Below are positions 55,682 through 64,000 of a stretch of 64,000 bases of DNA, piece after piece. The notes beneath the pieces are model-generated. The model did not search any database. It had not been told where the DNA came from and saw nothing but the letters and a program-made list of their open reading frames with translations. This stretch comes from an uncultured delta proteobacterium (lineage in GTDB: Bacteria > Desulfobacterota > Binatia > HRBIN30 > BPIQ01): contig CAVXGR010000024.1 of assembly GCA_963761335.1 (NCBI GenBank), positions 64,001-128,000 on the forward strand, in the 5' to 3' direction. How positions within the stretch are numbered: the first letter of the stretch is position 1; each line of letters begins with the position of its first letter. The translations under genes were made by a program, and so were the position numbers.

Positions 55682-56983
55682 CTAGTTCCCCGACAGCGAC
55701 AGGGCCCGCAGGGTGAAGCGGTTCGCCGGAAAGCTGCGCTCGATGAAGTGGGAGGTGTAGCGACCGCCGAAGGCGGCGCGGTCGGCCTTGTCGTTCACGC
55801 CGATGACGATGTCGTTGGCGACGGCCGAGAAGGTGCCGTCGGCGCTCTTGGCCCAGTGATGGCCGCAGGCGGCGTTGTAGAAGTACTCGCCGGAGCGGTT
55901 GTAGACGAGCTTCCAGTGGATCTGGAACATCTCCTTGTCGAAGTAGAAGATGGTCTTCGAGAAGTTGTACTGCGGGTCGGTCGACTCCCCTTCGATGATC
56001 CACACGTCGCGGGGGACGTAGACGAGGCCGTCGACGATCTGCCAGGGCACGCCCTTGGAGCCCGGCGTCTCGTAGGCCGCCTTCAGGTACGGGATGTCGA
56101 CGGAGAAGCGCGTCGGGCTCACCGGCCGCATCGGATAGGCGTAGGGCCCGAGGACCGGTGCGAGGATGCGTCCCTCGCCGAGAAGCTTCCAGCGATAGTA
56201 CTCGATCTTGCCGGCGTAGCAGTTGCCGTCGTCGGCGAAGACGTCCATGCCGGCGATGGAATCGGAGCGGCTGGCGGCGTTCAGCCGCCGGATGCGGCGC
56301 GTCGACGGCAGGTAGCCCCAGATCTGGTCCTGACTCTCCCAGTCATTCTTCCGCTTTGCCAGGAAGCTGACGTTCTCGACGTCGCTCGGCTCCAAGAGAA
56401 ACGCCATGCCGGTGCTGCGCAGGCCTTCGGGGTTGTCGATTGGCCCCCCATGGCGACCGACGTAGGCCATGACCTCGCTCGCCACCTTCACCCGCCGAAA
56501 CTCGCCGTTGCGATCGATGCCGTTCAAGGTGAAGGTGGCGCCGCCGCCTTCTCCCTGCAGGCTCGCGGCGGCGAAGTTCCAGGCGATCTTGCAGCCTGCC
56601 CGCGGATCCTTCGGGTCGATGTCGGGAAACGGAAGGCCGAAGAAGAACCCGGGCATCTCCCCGGTGCGCACGTCGGCCAGGCCGCACACGTCGGCGGCCA
56701 GGCCGTAGTGCCCGCTGTTGGCCTTGCTCGCTTCCCAGAACTTGCTCGAGTAGTTGGCGTGAAATTTCTCCGGATCCACAGGCACGACGCGAAGCTCGTA
56801 CTCGCCCTTCTTGACACGCTCCAGAACCGCCGGCGGTAGCAGGTCAGTCGCTTGCTGCCAGTTGTTGGCAGTGAGAAGCCACGGCGCCGACTCGGTTTCG
56901 GCTCTTGAGTCCGACGCCGGGAACGCGACGGAGACGAGTAGCAGAGCCGAGAGCAGAGCTGGCCACAACACAGATCGAGTCAT
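55682..56983 (-). CDS. DUF1329 / outer-membrane lipoprotein-sorting-like secreted protein
   Basis: Signal peptide from ATG 56983; GLPFPDIDPKDP.AG.KIAWN, WGYLPSTRRIRRL, DVWIIEG...YNFSK.IFYFDKE, FT..AL C-terminus. Confidence 0.8.
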   Translation of the reverse strand: MTRSVLWPALLSALLLVSVAFPASDSRAETESAPWLLTANNWQQATDLLPPAVLERVKKGEYELRVVPVDPEKFHANYSSKFWEASKANSGHYGLAADVCGLADVRTGEMPGFFFGLPFPDIDPKDPRAGCKIAWNFAAASLQGEGGGATFTLNGIDRNGEFRRVKVASEVMAYVGRHGGPIDNPEGLRSTGMAFLLEPSDVENVSFLAKRKNDWESQDQIWGYLPSTRRIRRLNAASRSDSIAGMDVFADDGNCYAGKIEYYRWKLLGEGRILAPVLGPYAYPMRPVSPTRFSVDIPYLKAAYETPGSKGVPWQIVDGLVYVPRDVWIIEGESTDPQYNFSKTIFYFDKEMFQIHWKLVYNRSGEYFYNAACGHHWAKSADGTFSAVANDIVIGVNDKADRAAFGGRYTSHFIERSFPANRFTLRALSLSGN

Positions 56984-57200
56984 AAGAGCTCCCGCCCGAG
57001 AGGGCGGCTCTTCACGATGCAACACACGTTCCAGCCGCCGCGCGTACCGGAAGCTTGGACTCGGATCACGGTGATTTCCCAGCTCCGGGAAGACGGGAAT
57101 CGGAGGCACCCTGCCGGTGCTTTTCAATAGAGACCACTACCGCCGCGTACGGCGACTTGCGCTCGCCGCTCTGGGCGTCGCGCATGCCTCTCCATATTCC

Positions 57201-57336
57201 CCGTTCTCATCCCCGGTTCTCATCCCGTCGTTTTCCATTGTACTGCGAGCCTCATGAGGGCTCGAAGCTGCACAGGCTGTCCACGGCTGTCAGGGCGAAT
57301 GGAAAACGACGGGATGAGAACCGGGGATGAGAACGG
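57201..57336. repeat. Perfect 39 bp inverted repeat with 58 bp spacer
   Basis: CCGTTCTCATCCCCGGTTCTCATCCCGTCGTTTTCCATT (57201-57239) and its exact reverse complement (57298-57336). Confidence 0.9.
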
Positions 57337-57372
57337 AGAACCAGGGAGTGGGGAATGAGCCTTTGCTTGGCA

Positions 57373-58188
57373 TCACCGGCCGCTGCCGGACAGGGCGCCG
57401 GAGCGGATCGCCGGCTGCAGGACGCCGACGACGGCGAGAGCCGGGACGATCATGATGGCGGCGACGGCGCTGGCGAGGCCGGGATGGCCGAAGACGGCGT
57501 AATAGTAGAGCAGGGGAGGCATCGGGCGGTTGGTGACCTGCAAGAGCAGGGCGAAGGCGAACTCGTCCCAGGAGATCAGGAAGACGAGAACGGCGGCGGC
57601 GGCGATGGCGGGACGGCAGAGGGGCAGGGTGACGTGCCACAGCGTCCGCAGCGGCGAGCAGCCATCGAGGCGCGCCGCCTCCTCGATCTCCAGTGGCACC
57701 GAGCGCACGCCGTTGCGCACGATCAGAAAGGCATACGGCAAGCCCAGCAGGCAGTCCGCCAGGATGAGCCCGCCTCCCCACGGTTGATTGTAGAGACCGG
57801 CGCGCACGAAGAGAGCCGCGAGCGGGATCGCCAGGGCGATCGTGGGGAAGAGGCGCACGCCGACGATGGCGCTCTCGAGCGGACGGTCGAGGCTGGGGCG
57901 CCGCGCCGCTCCCCAGGCGGCGCCGAAGGAGAGCAGCAGGGTGAGAACGGAGGTGCCGGCGGCAACCACGGCGCTCAGCCACAGCGCCCGGCGGGTCTCG
58001 CCGGCGAACCAGATCTCCGACAGGTTGGCGCTGGTGAGATGATGCGGCCACCAGGTCGGCGGCCAGGCCAGGCTCTCCGCCTCCGGAGTGATCGCCTGCT
58101 TGATGACGAGGGCGATGGGAGCGGTGTTCACCGCTACCAGGAGCACGGCGCCGAGAAGGATCAGGAGGCGCCCGCGCCGCGTTCTCAT
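57373..58188 (-). CDS. Carbohydrate ABC transporter permease (MalG-like)
   Basis: EAA motif VPLEIEEAARLDGCS, FLISWDEF; ATG overlaps the upstream permease stop. Confidence 0.92.
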   Translation of the reverse strand: MRTRRGRLLILLGAVLLVAVNTAPIALVIKQAITPEAESLAWPPTWWPHHLTSANLSEIWFAGETRRALWLSAVVAAGTSVLTLLLSFGAAWGAARRPSLDRPLESAIVGVRLFPTIALAIPLAALFVRAGLYNQPWGGGLILADCLLGLPYAFLIVRNGVRSVPLEIEEAARLDGCSPLRTLWHVTLPLCRPAIAAAAVLVFLISWDEFAFALLLQVTNRPMPPLLYYYAVFGHPGLASAVAAIMIVPALAVVGVLQPAIRSGALSGSGR

Positions 58189-59027
58189 CAGAGTGCCTCT
58201 CGGCGCGAGCGCGCCAGCAGCGGGACCATGGCCGCGGTCGCCAGCAGCGCCAGAGCCGCGGCGGCGGCCGCCGCCCCAGCGTCGTTCCCGTAGTCCGCCC
58301 ACTGGTGGTACGCGTACGTCGACAGCACCGGCACGCCCTCAACCCCGGTGAGCACCAGTGGCGTGGCGAAGATGCGCAGTGCGTCGACGCCACGCAGCAG
58401 CAGGGCGGCGATGATCGCCGGCCAGAGCAGCGGCAGGGTGATGCGCCAGAAGAGGCTCCAACGTCCGGCGCCGTCGAGGCGCGCGGCGTCGAACACCTCG
58501 TCGGGAAGAGCCGAGAGAGCGGCGAGCATCATCAGGAACATCACCGGGGTGACGTGCCAGGCATCGACCACGGCCACCGTGAAGAAGGCGAGCGGCTTGC
58601 CGGGAGTGAGCCAGTCCAGCGGCGGCAGTCCGGCGGCGATCAAGGCGGCATTGGCGTAGCCGTGCGGCGCCAGGACGTAGCGCGCCGCCAGCAGGAAGAC
58701 GATCTCCGGAAGCGCGAAGGGCACGATCACGGCGAGGCGCAAGGCGCCGCGGCCGCGGAAGCGCAGGTTCAGAAAGAGCGCCAGCCCCAAGCCGGCGACC
58801 AGCTCGAGAGCGACACCGAGCAGCGGGAGAAGGACGTTGTTGAGCGCCGCCCGCCAGAAGAGCGAGTCGGCGGCGACGCCGGCGAAGGCGCCGAGCGACG
58901 GCCAGCTGCCGGTGATCGGATCGACGAAGGCGAGATAGATGGCGTAGCCGACCGGGTAGGCGAAGAAGAGGGCCAGGAAGAGAAGAAAAGGCGCGCTCAA
59001 GAGCCAGGGCCAGGTCCGCCCGCTCAT
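58188..59027 (-). CDS. Carbohydrate ABC transporter permease (MalF-like)
   Basis: DAWHVTP.MFL.MLAAL..LPDEVFDAARLDGAG..FWRITLPLL. Confidence 0.92.
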   Translation of the reverse strand: MSGRTWPWLLSAPFLLFLALFFAYPVGYAIYLAFVDPITGSWPSLGAFAGVAADSLFWRAALNNVLLPLLGVALELVAGLGLALFLNLRFRGRGALRLAVIVPFALPEIVFLLAARYVLAPHGYANAALIAAGLPPLDWLTPGKPLAFFTVAVVDAWHVTPVMFLMMLAALSALPDEVFDAARLDGAGRWSLFWRITLPLLWPAIIAALLLRGVDALRIFATPLVLTGVEGVPVLSTYAYHQWADYGNDAGAAAAAAALALLATAAMVPLLARSRREAL

Positions 59028-59030
59028 GCG

Positions 59031-60293
59031 TCAGGCCTTCCCGTCGAGCTGCCGCGCCAGCTCGCGCAGCGTCTTCTCGACCGGCTCTCCGCCGAGGACG
59101 ATGCGGCGGAAGGCCTCCTGCCAGGCGCGGCTGATGGCGGGATATGCGGCGCCGTCGGGACGCGCGTGGATGTACGGCCGCATGGCCTCGAAGCCGGAGT
59201 AGAGGGTGGCGATCTCCGGGCTCACCTCGGGCGCGGCGTCGTCGCGCGCCGACACCCAACCGAGCCGGCTGCCGAGCTGGCGCTGCACCTCGGCGCTGAG
59301 CAGGTAGTGCACCAGCTCCTGCGCCGCGTGCGGATGCGGCGCCGTGCGCGGCACGGCCAGATAGCCGCCGCCGAGGACGGTGGCGCGGCCCTTCGGCCCC
59401 GCCGGCAGCGGTGCCGAACGGCAGCGCCCCGGCGCCAGGCCCTCCTTGTGCAGCACGGCCATGGCGAACGGCCAGTTGATCTCCGCCACCAGCTCGCGAC
59501 GCGCGAAGGCTTCGAGGATGCTCGCCTCCTTGAACGACGCCGTCGCCGGATGCAGATAGGGAGCGAGCTGTTGCAGGAAGCGGAAGGCCGTCGCCGCCTC
59601 CGGGGTGTCGAGACGATCGGCGCGACCGCCGGCCATCCACACGAAGGGAAGCACGTCGCAGGTGAGCCCTTCGTACGGCGCTCCCTTGAAGGCGATCTGA
59701 CCCGGGTGCGCGCGCGCCACACGCAGCAGGTCGTCCCAGGTCGCCGGAGGATCGCCGAGCGCCTCGTGGTCGTAGATCAGCGCCTGCCAGTTCAGTCGCT
59801 GCGGCAGGAAGCGCTGCACGCCGCCGAGGTTCCCGGCGCGCAGCGCCGCCGGCGAGAACGGCTGCAGCTGCCGCGGCTGCCAGTCGAGGGCACTGGCATA
59901 GGAGGCCGTCAGGCTCAGGTAGTAGACGTCCATCTCCGCCACGTCGATGCTGCCGCTGCCGCCGTGTGCCTCGGCGGCCAGGGCGCGGCGGATCTCGCTG
60001 TACTGCTGTGGGATGACGATCACCGAGCGGCCGGTGTCGCGCTCGAAGCGGCCGAGGACGTCGCGATAGACGGGCAGCTCACCGGGAAGGATGGCGGCAA
60101 CCAGGGTGAGGCTATCGGCCGCCGGCCGGCAGGAAACGAGCCCGCCGAGGGCGACGGCGAGGGCGATGAGCAGAGCCGCGGCCGCCGGCAGCCAGCCACA
60201 GCCCGCAGTTGCGCAAGTCGGCGCGCGCCTGGGTCCCCTCTCCCGCATTGCCGGCGGGAGAGGGACAGGGTGAGGGCTCCGACCTCGCCTCAA
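59031..60293 (-). CDS. Carbohydrate ABC transporter substrate-binding lipoprotein (start uncertain)
   Basis: Hydrophobic signal + LVSC lipobox, D....[35 protein letters not shown] 60293 overlaps the purF stop, alternative ATG 60248. Confidence 0.85.
   Translation of the reverse strand: MRRGRSPHPVPLPPAMRERGPRRAPTCATAGCGWLPAAAALLIALAVALGGLVSCRPAADSLTLVAAILPGELPVYRDVLGRFERDTGRSVIVIPQQYSEIRRALAAEAHGGSGSIDVAEMDVYYLSLTASYASALDWQPRQLQPFSPAALRAGNLGGVQRFLPQRLNWQALIYDHEALGDPPATWDDLLRVARAHPGQIAFKGAPYEGLTCDVLPFVWMAGGRADRLDTPEAATAFRFLQQLAPYLHPATASFKEASILEAFARRELVAEINWPFAMAVLHKEGLAPGRCRSAPLPAGPKGRATVLGGGYLAVPRTAPHPHAAQELVHYLLSAEVQRQLGSRLGWVSARDDAAPEVSPEIATLYSGFEAMRPYIHARPDGAAYPAISRAWQEAFRRIVLGGEPVEKTLRELARQLDGKA
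60236..60276. repeat. CCCTCTCCC/GGGAGAGGG-AGGGTGAGGG palindromic repeat unit
   Basis: CCCTCTCCCGC-ATTGCCG-GCGGGAGAGGG-ACAGGGTGAGGG. Confidence 0.7.
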
Positions 60294-61711
60294 GCCCGCT
60301 CGTCCGCGTCGAAGAGCACCAGCTGCCGCTTGCGCCCCTCGTCGACGATGGCGACCGGGTACTCGCCCGTGAAGCAGGCGGCGCAGAAGCCGCTCTGCGA
60401 GGCGCTGCCGTTGCGCTGGAAAGCGTACATCCCCTCGGTGCTCAGGTAGCCGAGGCTGTCGGCGCCGATGAACTGGCGGATCTCGTCGATGCTGTGGCCC
60501 CAGGCGACCAGCTCCTCGCGGCTCGGCGTGTCGATGCCGTAGAAGCAGGGCCCGATGGTCGGCGGCGAGCTGATGCGCATGTGCACCTCGCGAGCCCCGC
60601 CCTGGCGGATCATGGTCACCAGCTTCTGGCTGGTGGTGCCGCGCACGATCGAGTCGTCGACCACGACGACGCGCTTGCCTTCGAGAACGGCGCGCTGAGC
60701 GTTGAGCTTCACGCGCACCCCGAAGTGGCGAATCGACTGCTGCGGCTCGATGAAGGTGCGGCCGACATAGTGATTGCGGATCAGGCCCATCTCGAACGGC
60801 ACGCCCGCGGCCTCGGCGTAGCCGAGGGCGGCGGGCAGCCCCGAATCGGGCACCGGGATGACCACGTCCGCTTCGACCGGCTGCTCGCGGGCGAGCTGCC
60901 GCCCGAGCTCCTTGCGAATCTCGTAGACGCTGCGCCCGTAGACGATGCTGTCCGGGCGCGCGAAGTAGATGTACTCGAAGATGCAGCTGCTGCGCGGCGC
61001 CGGCGGCAGCGGGCGCAGCGACTCGAGGCCGTCGCGGTTGACGACGATGACCTCACCCGGCTCCACTTCCCGCTCGTAGGTGGCGCCGAGCAGATCGAGG
61101 GCGCAGGTCTCGGAGGCGACCACCACGGCGTCGCCGATGTGGCCGAGAACCAGGGGGCGCAGGCCGTGCGGATCGCGAGCCACGATCATCTCGTGCTCGC
61201 TGAGAAAGAGCAGCGAGTAGGCGCCGCGCAGCTGTATCAGCGCCGCCACCACGCGCTCGGCGAGGGTCTCCCCGGGGACGCTGGCGATCAGATGGATGAT
61301 CACCTCGGTATCGACGGACGACTGGAAGATCGAGCCGCGCGTCTCCAGCTGCTCGCGCAGGTGCACGGCGTTCACCAGGTTGCCGTTGTGGGCGACAGCC
61401 AGGCCGCCGCGTGCATAGTCGACCACCAGCGGCTGGGTGTTCTTCAGGAGCGTCTTTCCGGCCGTCGAGTAGCGGTTGTGGCCGATGGCGCTGCTGCCGG
61501 CGAGGCGGCGGATGGTGTCCTCGCTGAAGACGTCGGCGACCAGGCCGAGGCCGCGATGCGATACCAGCACCGTGCCGTCGGAGCTGACGATGCCGGCGCC
61601 TTCCTGGCCGCGGTGCTGCAGCGCGTAGAGCCCGAGGTAGGCGAGGTTCGCCGCCTCCGGATGGCCGTAGACGCCGATGACGCCACACTCTTCGTGAAAG
61701 CGATCCTCCAT
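60290..61711 (-). CDS. purF: Amidophosphoribosyltransferase
   Basis: HEECGV (N-terminal nucleophile Cys), [49 protein letters not shown]. Confidence 0.98.
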   Translation of the reverse strand: MEDRFHEECGVIGVYGHPEAANLAYLGLYALQHRGQEGAGIVSSDGTVLVSHRGLGLVADVFSEDTIRRLAGSSAIGHNRYSTAGKTLLKNTQPLVVDYARGGLAVAHNGNLVNAVHLREQLETRGSIFQSSVDTEVIIHLIASVPGETLAERVVAALIQLRGAYSLLFLSEHEMIVARDPHGLRPLVLGHIGDAVVVASETCALDLLGATYEREVEPGEVIVVNRDGLESLRPLPPAPRSSCIFEYIYFARPDSIVYGRSVYEIRKELGRQLAREQPVEADVVIPVPDSGLPAALGYAEAAGVPFEMGLIRNHYVGRTFIEPQQSIRHFGVRVKLNAQRAVLEGKRVVVVDDSIVRGTTSQKLVTMIRQGGAREVHMRISSPPTIGPCFYGIDTPSREELVAWGHSIDEIRQFIGADSLGYLSTEGMYAFQRNGSASQSGFCAACFTGEYPVAIVDEGRKRQLVLFDADERA

Positions 61712-61714
61712 CGT

Positions 61715-63934
61715 TCAGGCCCCCATGCGCTGCGGCAGAGCTCCCGCCCACAGGCGCCGCAGCTCGGCGATGGGCAGGTCGATCAGGGTGCCGAGCGAGA
61801 GCCGCGAGCCGCGCACCTCGCCCAGCAGTGTCAGTGTCACACCGGCAGTCGATGCCAGCTCCCGCAGCCGGGTCAGCTGCCGCCGGCGCACGGTGACGAT
61901 GATGCGCGACTGGCTCTCCCCGAAGAGGAGCGCGTCAGGGCGGATCGATCCTTCGAGCTGCAGGGTTGCGCCGATTCCGGCTCCCGGACCGCTGATGCAG
62001 CACTCCGCCAGAGCCACCGCCAGGCCGCCTTCGGCGATGTCGTGGGCCGAACGCAAGAGCCCCTCGGCGTTGGCGGCCGTACACACCGACTGCACGCGCT
62101 TCTCGACGTCGAGGTCGATCCACGGCGGCGATCCCTTGACCATCCCGTGTGCCAGCGCCAGGTACTCGGTGCCGCCGAGCTCCTCGCGCGTGTCGCCGAG
62201 GAGGACGACGATGTCTCCCTCGGTCTTGAACCACTGCGTCTGTGCCCGGGCGATGTCGTCGAGCAGGCCCACCATGCCGATGGTCGGCGTCGGCGGAATC
62301 GCCCGGCCGTTGGTCTCGTTGTAGAAGCTGACGTTGCCGCTGACCACCGGCGTGCCGAGCGCCAGGCAGGCGTCGCGGATGCCGTGTATCGCCTCGCTGA
62401 ACTGCGCCATCACCTCCGGTTTCTCGGGATTGCCGAAGTTGAGGCAGTCGGTGATCGCCAGCGGCCGAGCGCCGGCACAGACGACGTTGCGGGCCGCCTC
62501 GACGACGGCAGTCATGGCGCCGACGTAGGGATCGAGGAAGCAGTAGCGGCTGTTGCAGTCGAGGGCGATGGCGACGCCCTTGCGCGTGCCCTTGATGCGC
62601 AGAACCGCGGCGTCGGAGCCGGGACGCACCAGGGTGTTGCCGCGCACCAGGTAGTCGTACTGGTGGTACACCCAGGCTTTGGAGCCGATGTTGGGCGAGT
62701 CGAGGAGCTTCAGCAGCGCCTGGCTGTAATCCCCGGGCGGCGGGATGCGGTCCAGGTCGAGCCGCGAGCTCTCCTCGCTGTCGGCGCGCGGCTCCGCCGG
62801 GCGGTCGTACACCGGGGCGCCGTCGGCGAGCGGGGCGACCGGGAGGCAGGCGACCTCGGACCCCTGCCACGCGAGGCGGAGCATGCCGTCGTCGGTGACC
62901 TCGCCGATGACGGCGGCGTCGAGGTCCCATTTCTGGAAGATCTCCAGCACCTGATCCTGAGCGCCGGCGCGGGCGACCAGGAGCATGCGCTCCTGCGATT
63001 CCGAGAGCATGATCTCGTAGGGAGTCATGCCCTCCTCGCGCAGGGGCACCCGTGACAGATCGATGCGAATACCGGTACCGCCGCGCCCCGCCATCTCCAC
63101 CGAGGAGCTGGTCAGGCCGGCGGCGCCCATGTCCTGGATGGCGACGATGACGTCGCGCTCCATGAGCTCGAGGCAGGCCTCCAGCAGCAGCTTCTCGGTG
63201 AACGGGTCGCCCACCTGTACGGTCGGCCGCTTGTCGTGCGTCTCGCCGCAGAACTCCGCCGAGGCCAGCAGACTGGCGCCGTGGATGCCGTCGCGACCCG
63301 TCTTCGAGCCGACGTAGATCACCGGGTTACCGGCGCCGGCGGCGGCGGCGAGGAAGATGCGGTCGGCGCGCACCACGCCGAGGGTGAAGGCGTTGACCAG
63401 AATGTTCTCGTTGTAGGCCTCGTCGAAGTAGACCTCACCGCCCACCGTGGGCACGCCGACGCAGTTGCCGTAGGCGCCGATTCCGGCGACCACGCCGCCG
63501 ACGAGATAGCGAGTGCGCGGGTGGTCGAAGCTGCCGAAGCGCAGGGAGTTCAGGTTGGCGATCGGCCGGGCGCCCATGGTGAAGACGTCGCGGAGGATGC
63601 CGCCGACACCGGTGGCGGCGCCCTGGAACGGCTCGACGAAGGAGGGGTGATTGTGGCTCTCGATCTTGAAGACCACCGCCAGGCCGTCGCCGATCGACAC
63701 GGCGCCGGCGTTCTCCCCCGGCCCCTGGAGGACGCCGGGTCCGGAGGTTGGCAGCTCGCGCAGCCAGCGCCGCGAGCTCTTGTAGCTGCAGTGCTCCGAC
63801 CACATCACCGAGAAGATGCCGAGCTCCACGTAGTTCGGCTCGCGCCCGAGGGCGCTGCAGATCTGCCGGTACTCCTCCTCAGTGAGGCCGTGCTCGCGGA
63901 CGAGCTCGGGGGTGACGGCGACGGCGGCGCTCAT
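61715..63934 (-). CDS. purL: Phosphoribosylformylglycinamidine synthase subunit PurL (small type)
   Basis: [64 protein letters not shown]. Confidence 0.98.
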   Translation of the reverse strand: MSAAVAVTPELVREHGLTEEEYRQICSALGREPNYVELGIFSVMWSEHCSYKSSRRWLRELPTSGPGVLQGPGENAGAVSIGDGLAVVFKIESHNHPSFVEPFQGAATGVGGILRDVFTMGARPIANLNSLRFGSFDHPRTRYLVGGVVAGIGAYGNCVGVPTVGGEVYFDEAYNENILVNAFTLGVVRADRIFLAAAAGAGNPVIYVGSKTGRDGIHGASLLASAEFCGETHDKRPTVQVGDPFTEKLLLEACLELMERDVIVAIQDMGAAGLTSSSVEMAGRGGTGIRIDLSRVPLREEGMTPYEIMLSESQERMLLVARAGAQDQVLEIFQKWDLDAAVIGEVTDDGMLRLAWQGSEVACLPVAPLADGAPVYDRPAEPRADSEESSRLDLDRIPPPGDYSQALLKLLDSPNIGSKAWVYHQYDYLVRGNTLVRPGSDAAVLRIKGTRKGVAIALDCNSRYCFLDPYVGAMTAVVEAARNVVCAGARPLAITDCLNFGNPEKPEVMAQFSEAIHGIRDACLALGTPVVSGNVSFYNETNGRAIPPTPTIGMVGLLDDIARAQTQWFKTEGDIVVLLGDTREELGGTEYLALAHGMVKGSPPWIDLDVEKRVQSVCTAANAEGLLRSAHDIAEGGLAVALAECCISGPGAGIGATLQLEGSIRPDALLFGESQSRIIVTVRRRQLTRLRELASTAGVTLTLLGEVRGSRLSLGTLIDLPIAELRRLWAGALPQRMGA

Positions 63935-63942
63935 CGCCGTCC

Positions 63943-64000
63943 TCAGTGACCCGGGGCGACGGCGGCGTCGACGGCGTCGCCCCGGCCGGAACGAATCGCG
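63943..64000 (-). CDS. 3' end of upstream gene, possibly purQ by context
   Basis: Frame ...[18 protein letters not shown] ends 8 bp before purL; identity is inferred only from the usual purS-purQ-purL order. Confidence 0.3.
   Translation of the reverse strand, partial: AIRSGRGDAVDAAVAPGH

Noticed and set aside
19941..63055. Long antisense or alternate-frame ORFs (for example 19941-22838, 23525-26494, 41877-45743, 51327-53507, 60209-63055)
   Set aside because: Shadow ORFs of genuine high-GC genes on the opposite strand; no family motifs and atypical composition

Overview
High-GC (roughly two-thirds G+C by eye) bacterial chromosomal segment. Gene content (split gcvPA/gcvPB, DUF1329, Myxococcus-type Cys-rich repeat, dockerin-like motifs, Tat/TonB) is compatible with a deltaproteobacteria-like or Ca. 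Binatia-like organism (inference only). Left part (1-19 kb) is housekeeping/metabolic: D-aminoacylase, stress proteins, GMC oxidoreductase pair, glgX, a ThDP enzyme, a lipoprotein hydrolase, folD-gcvT-gcvH-gcvPA-gcvPB, a TonB-like protein, tatA and a zinc-ribbon/DUF3426 protein. The centre (19.1-53.5 kb) is a ~34 kb envelope-glycosylation island: three DPM1-like GT2 enzymes, ten polytopic GT-C-like membrane proteins (PMT/ArnT-like, TIGR03663/Agl23-like, two DUF2298/YYY), many fused to NHL propellers or PA14-like beta-sandwiches, plus a GT4 and a methyltransferase. These surround a monocistronic Thr/Pro-rich lipoprotein and a frameshifted Cys-rich paralog. The right part holds a sugar ABC transporter interleaved with DUF1329 downstream of purL-purF. 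Non-coding DNA contains several transposase-less elements. Three copies of a ~420-455 bp element carry paired GTAG-type REP hairpins and sit at the CAGG of a different palindromic repeat. There is also a 158 bp MITE with 14 bp TIRs and a 10 bp target duplication, a perfect 39 bp inverted repeat, and a palindromic repeat that may be translated. No rRNA, tRNA, CRISPR array or transposase was seen. All family assignments come from motif recognition by eye, not from database searches.
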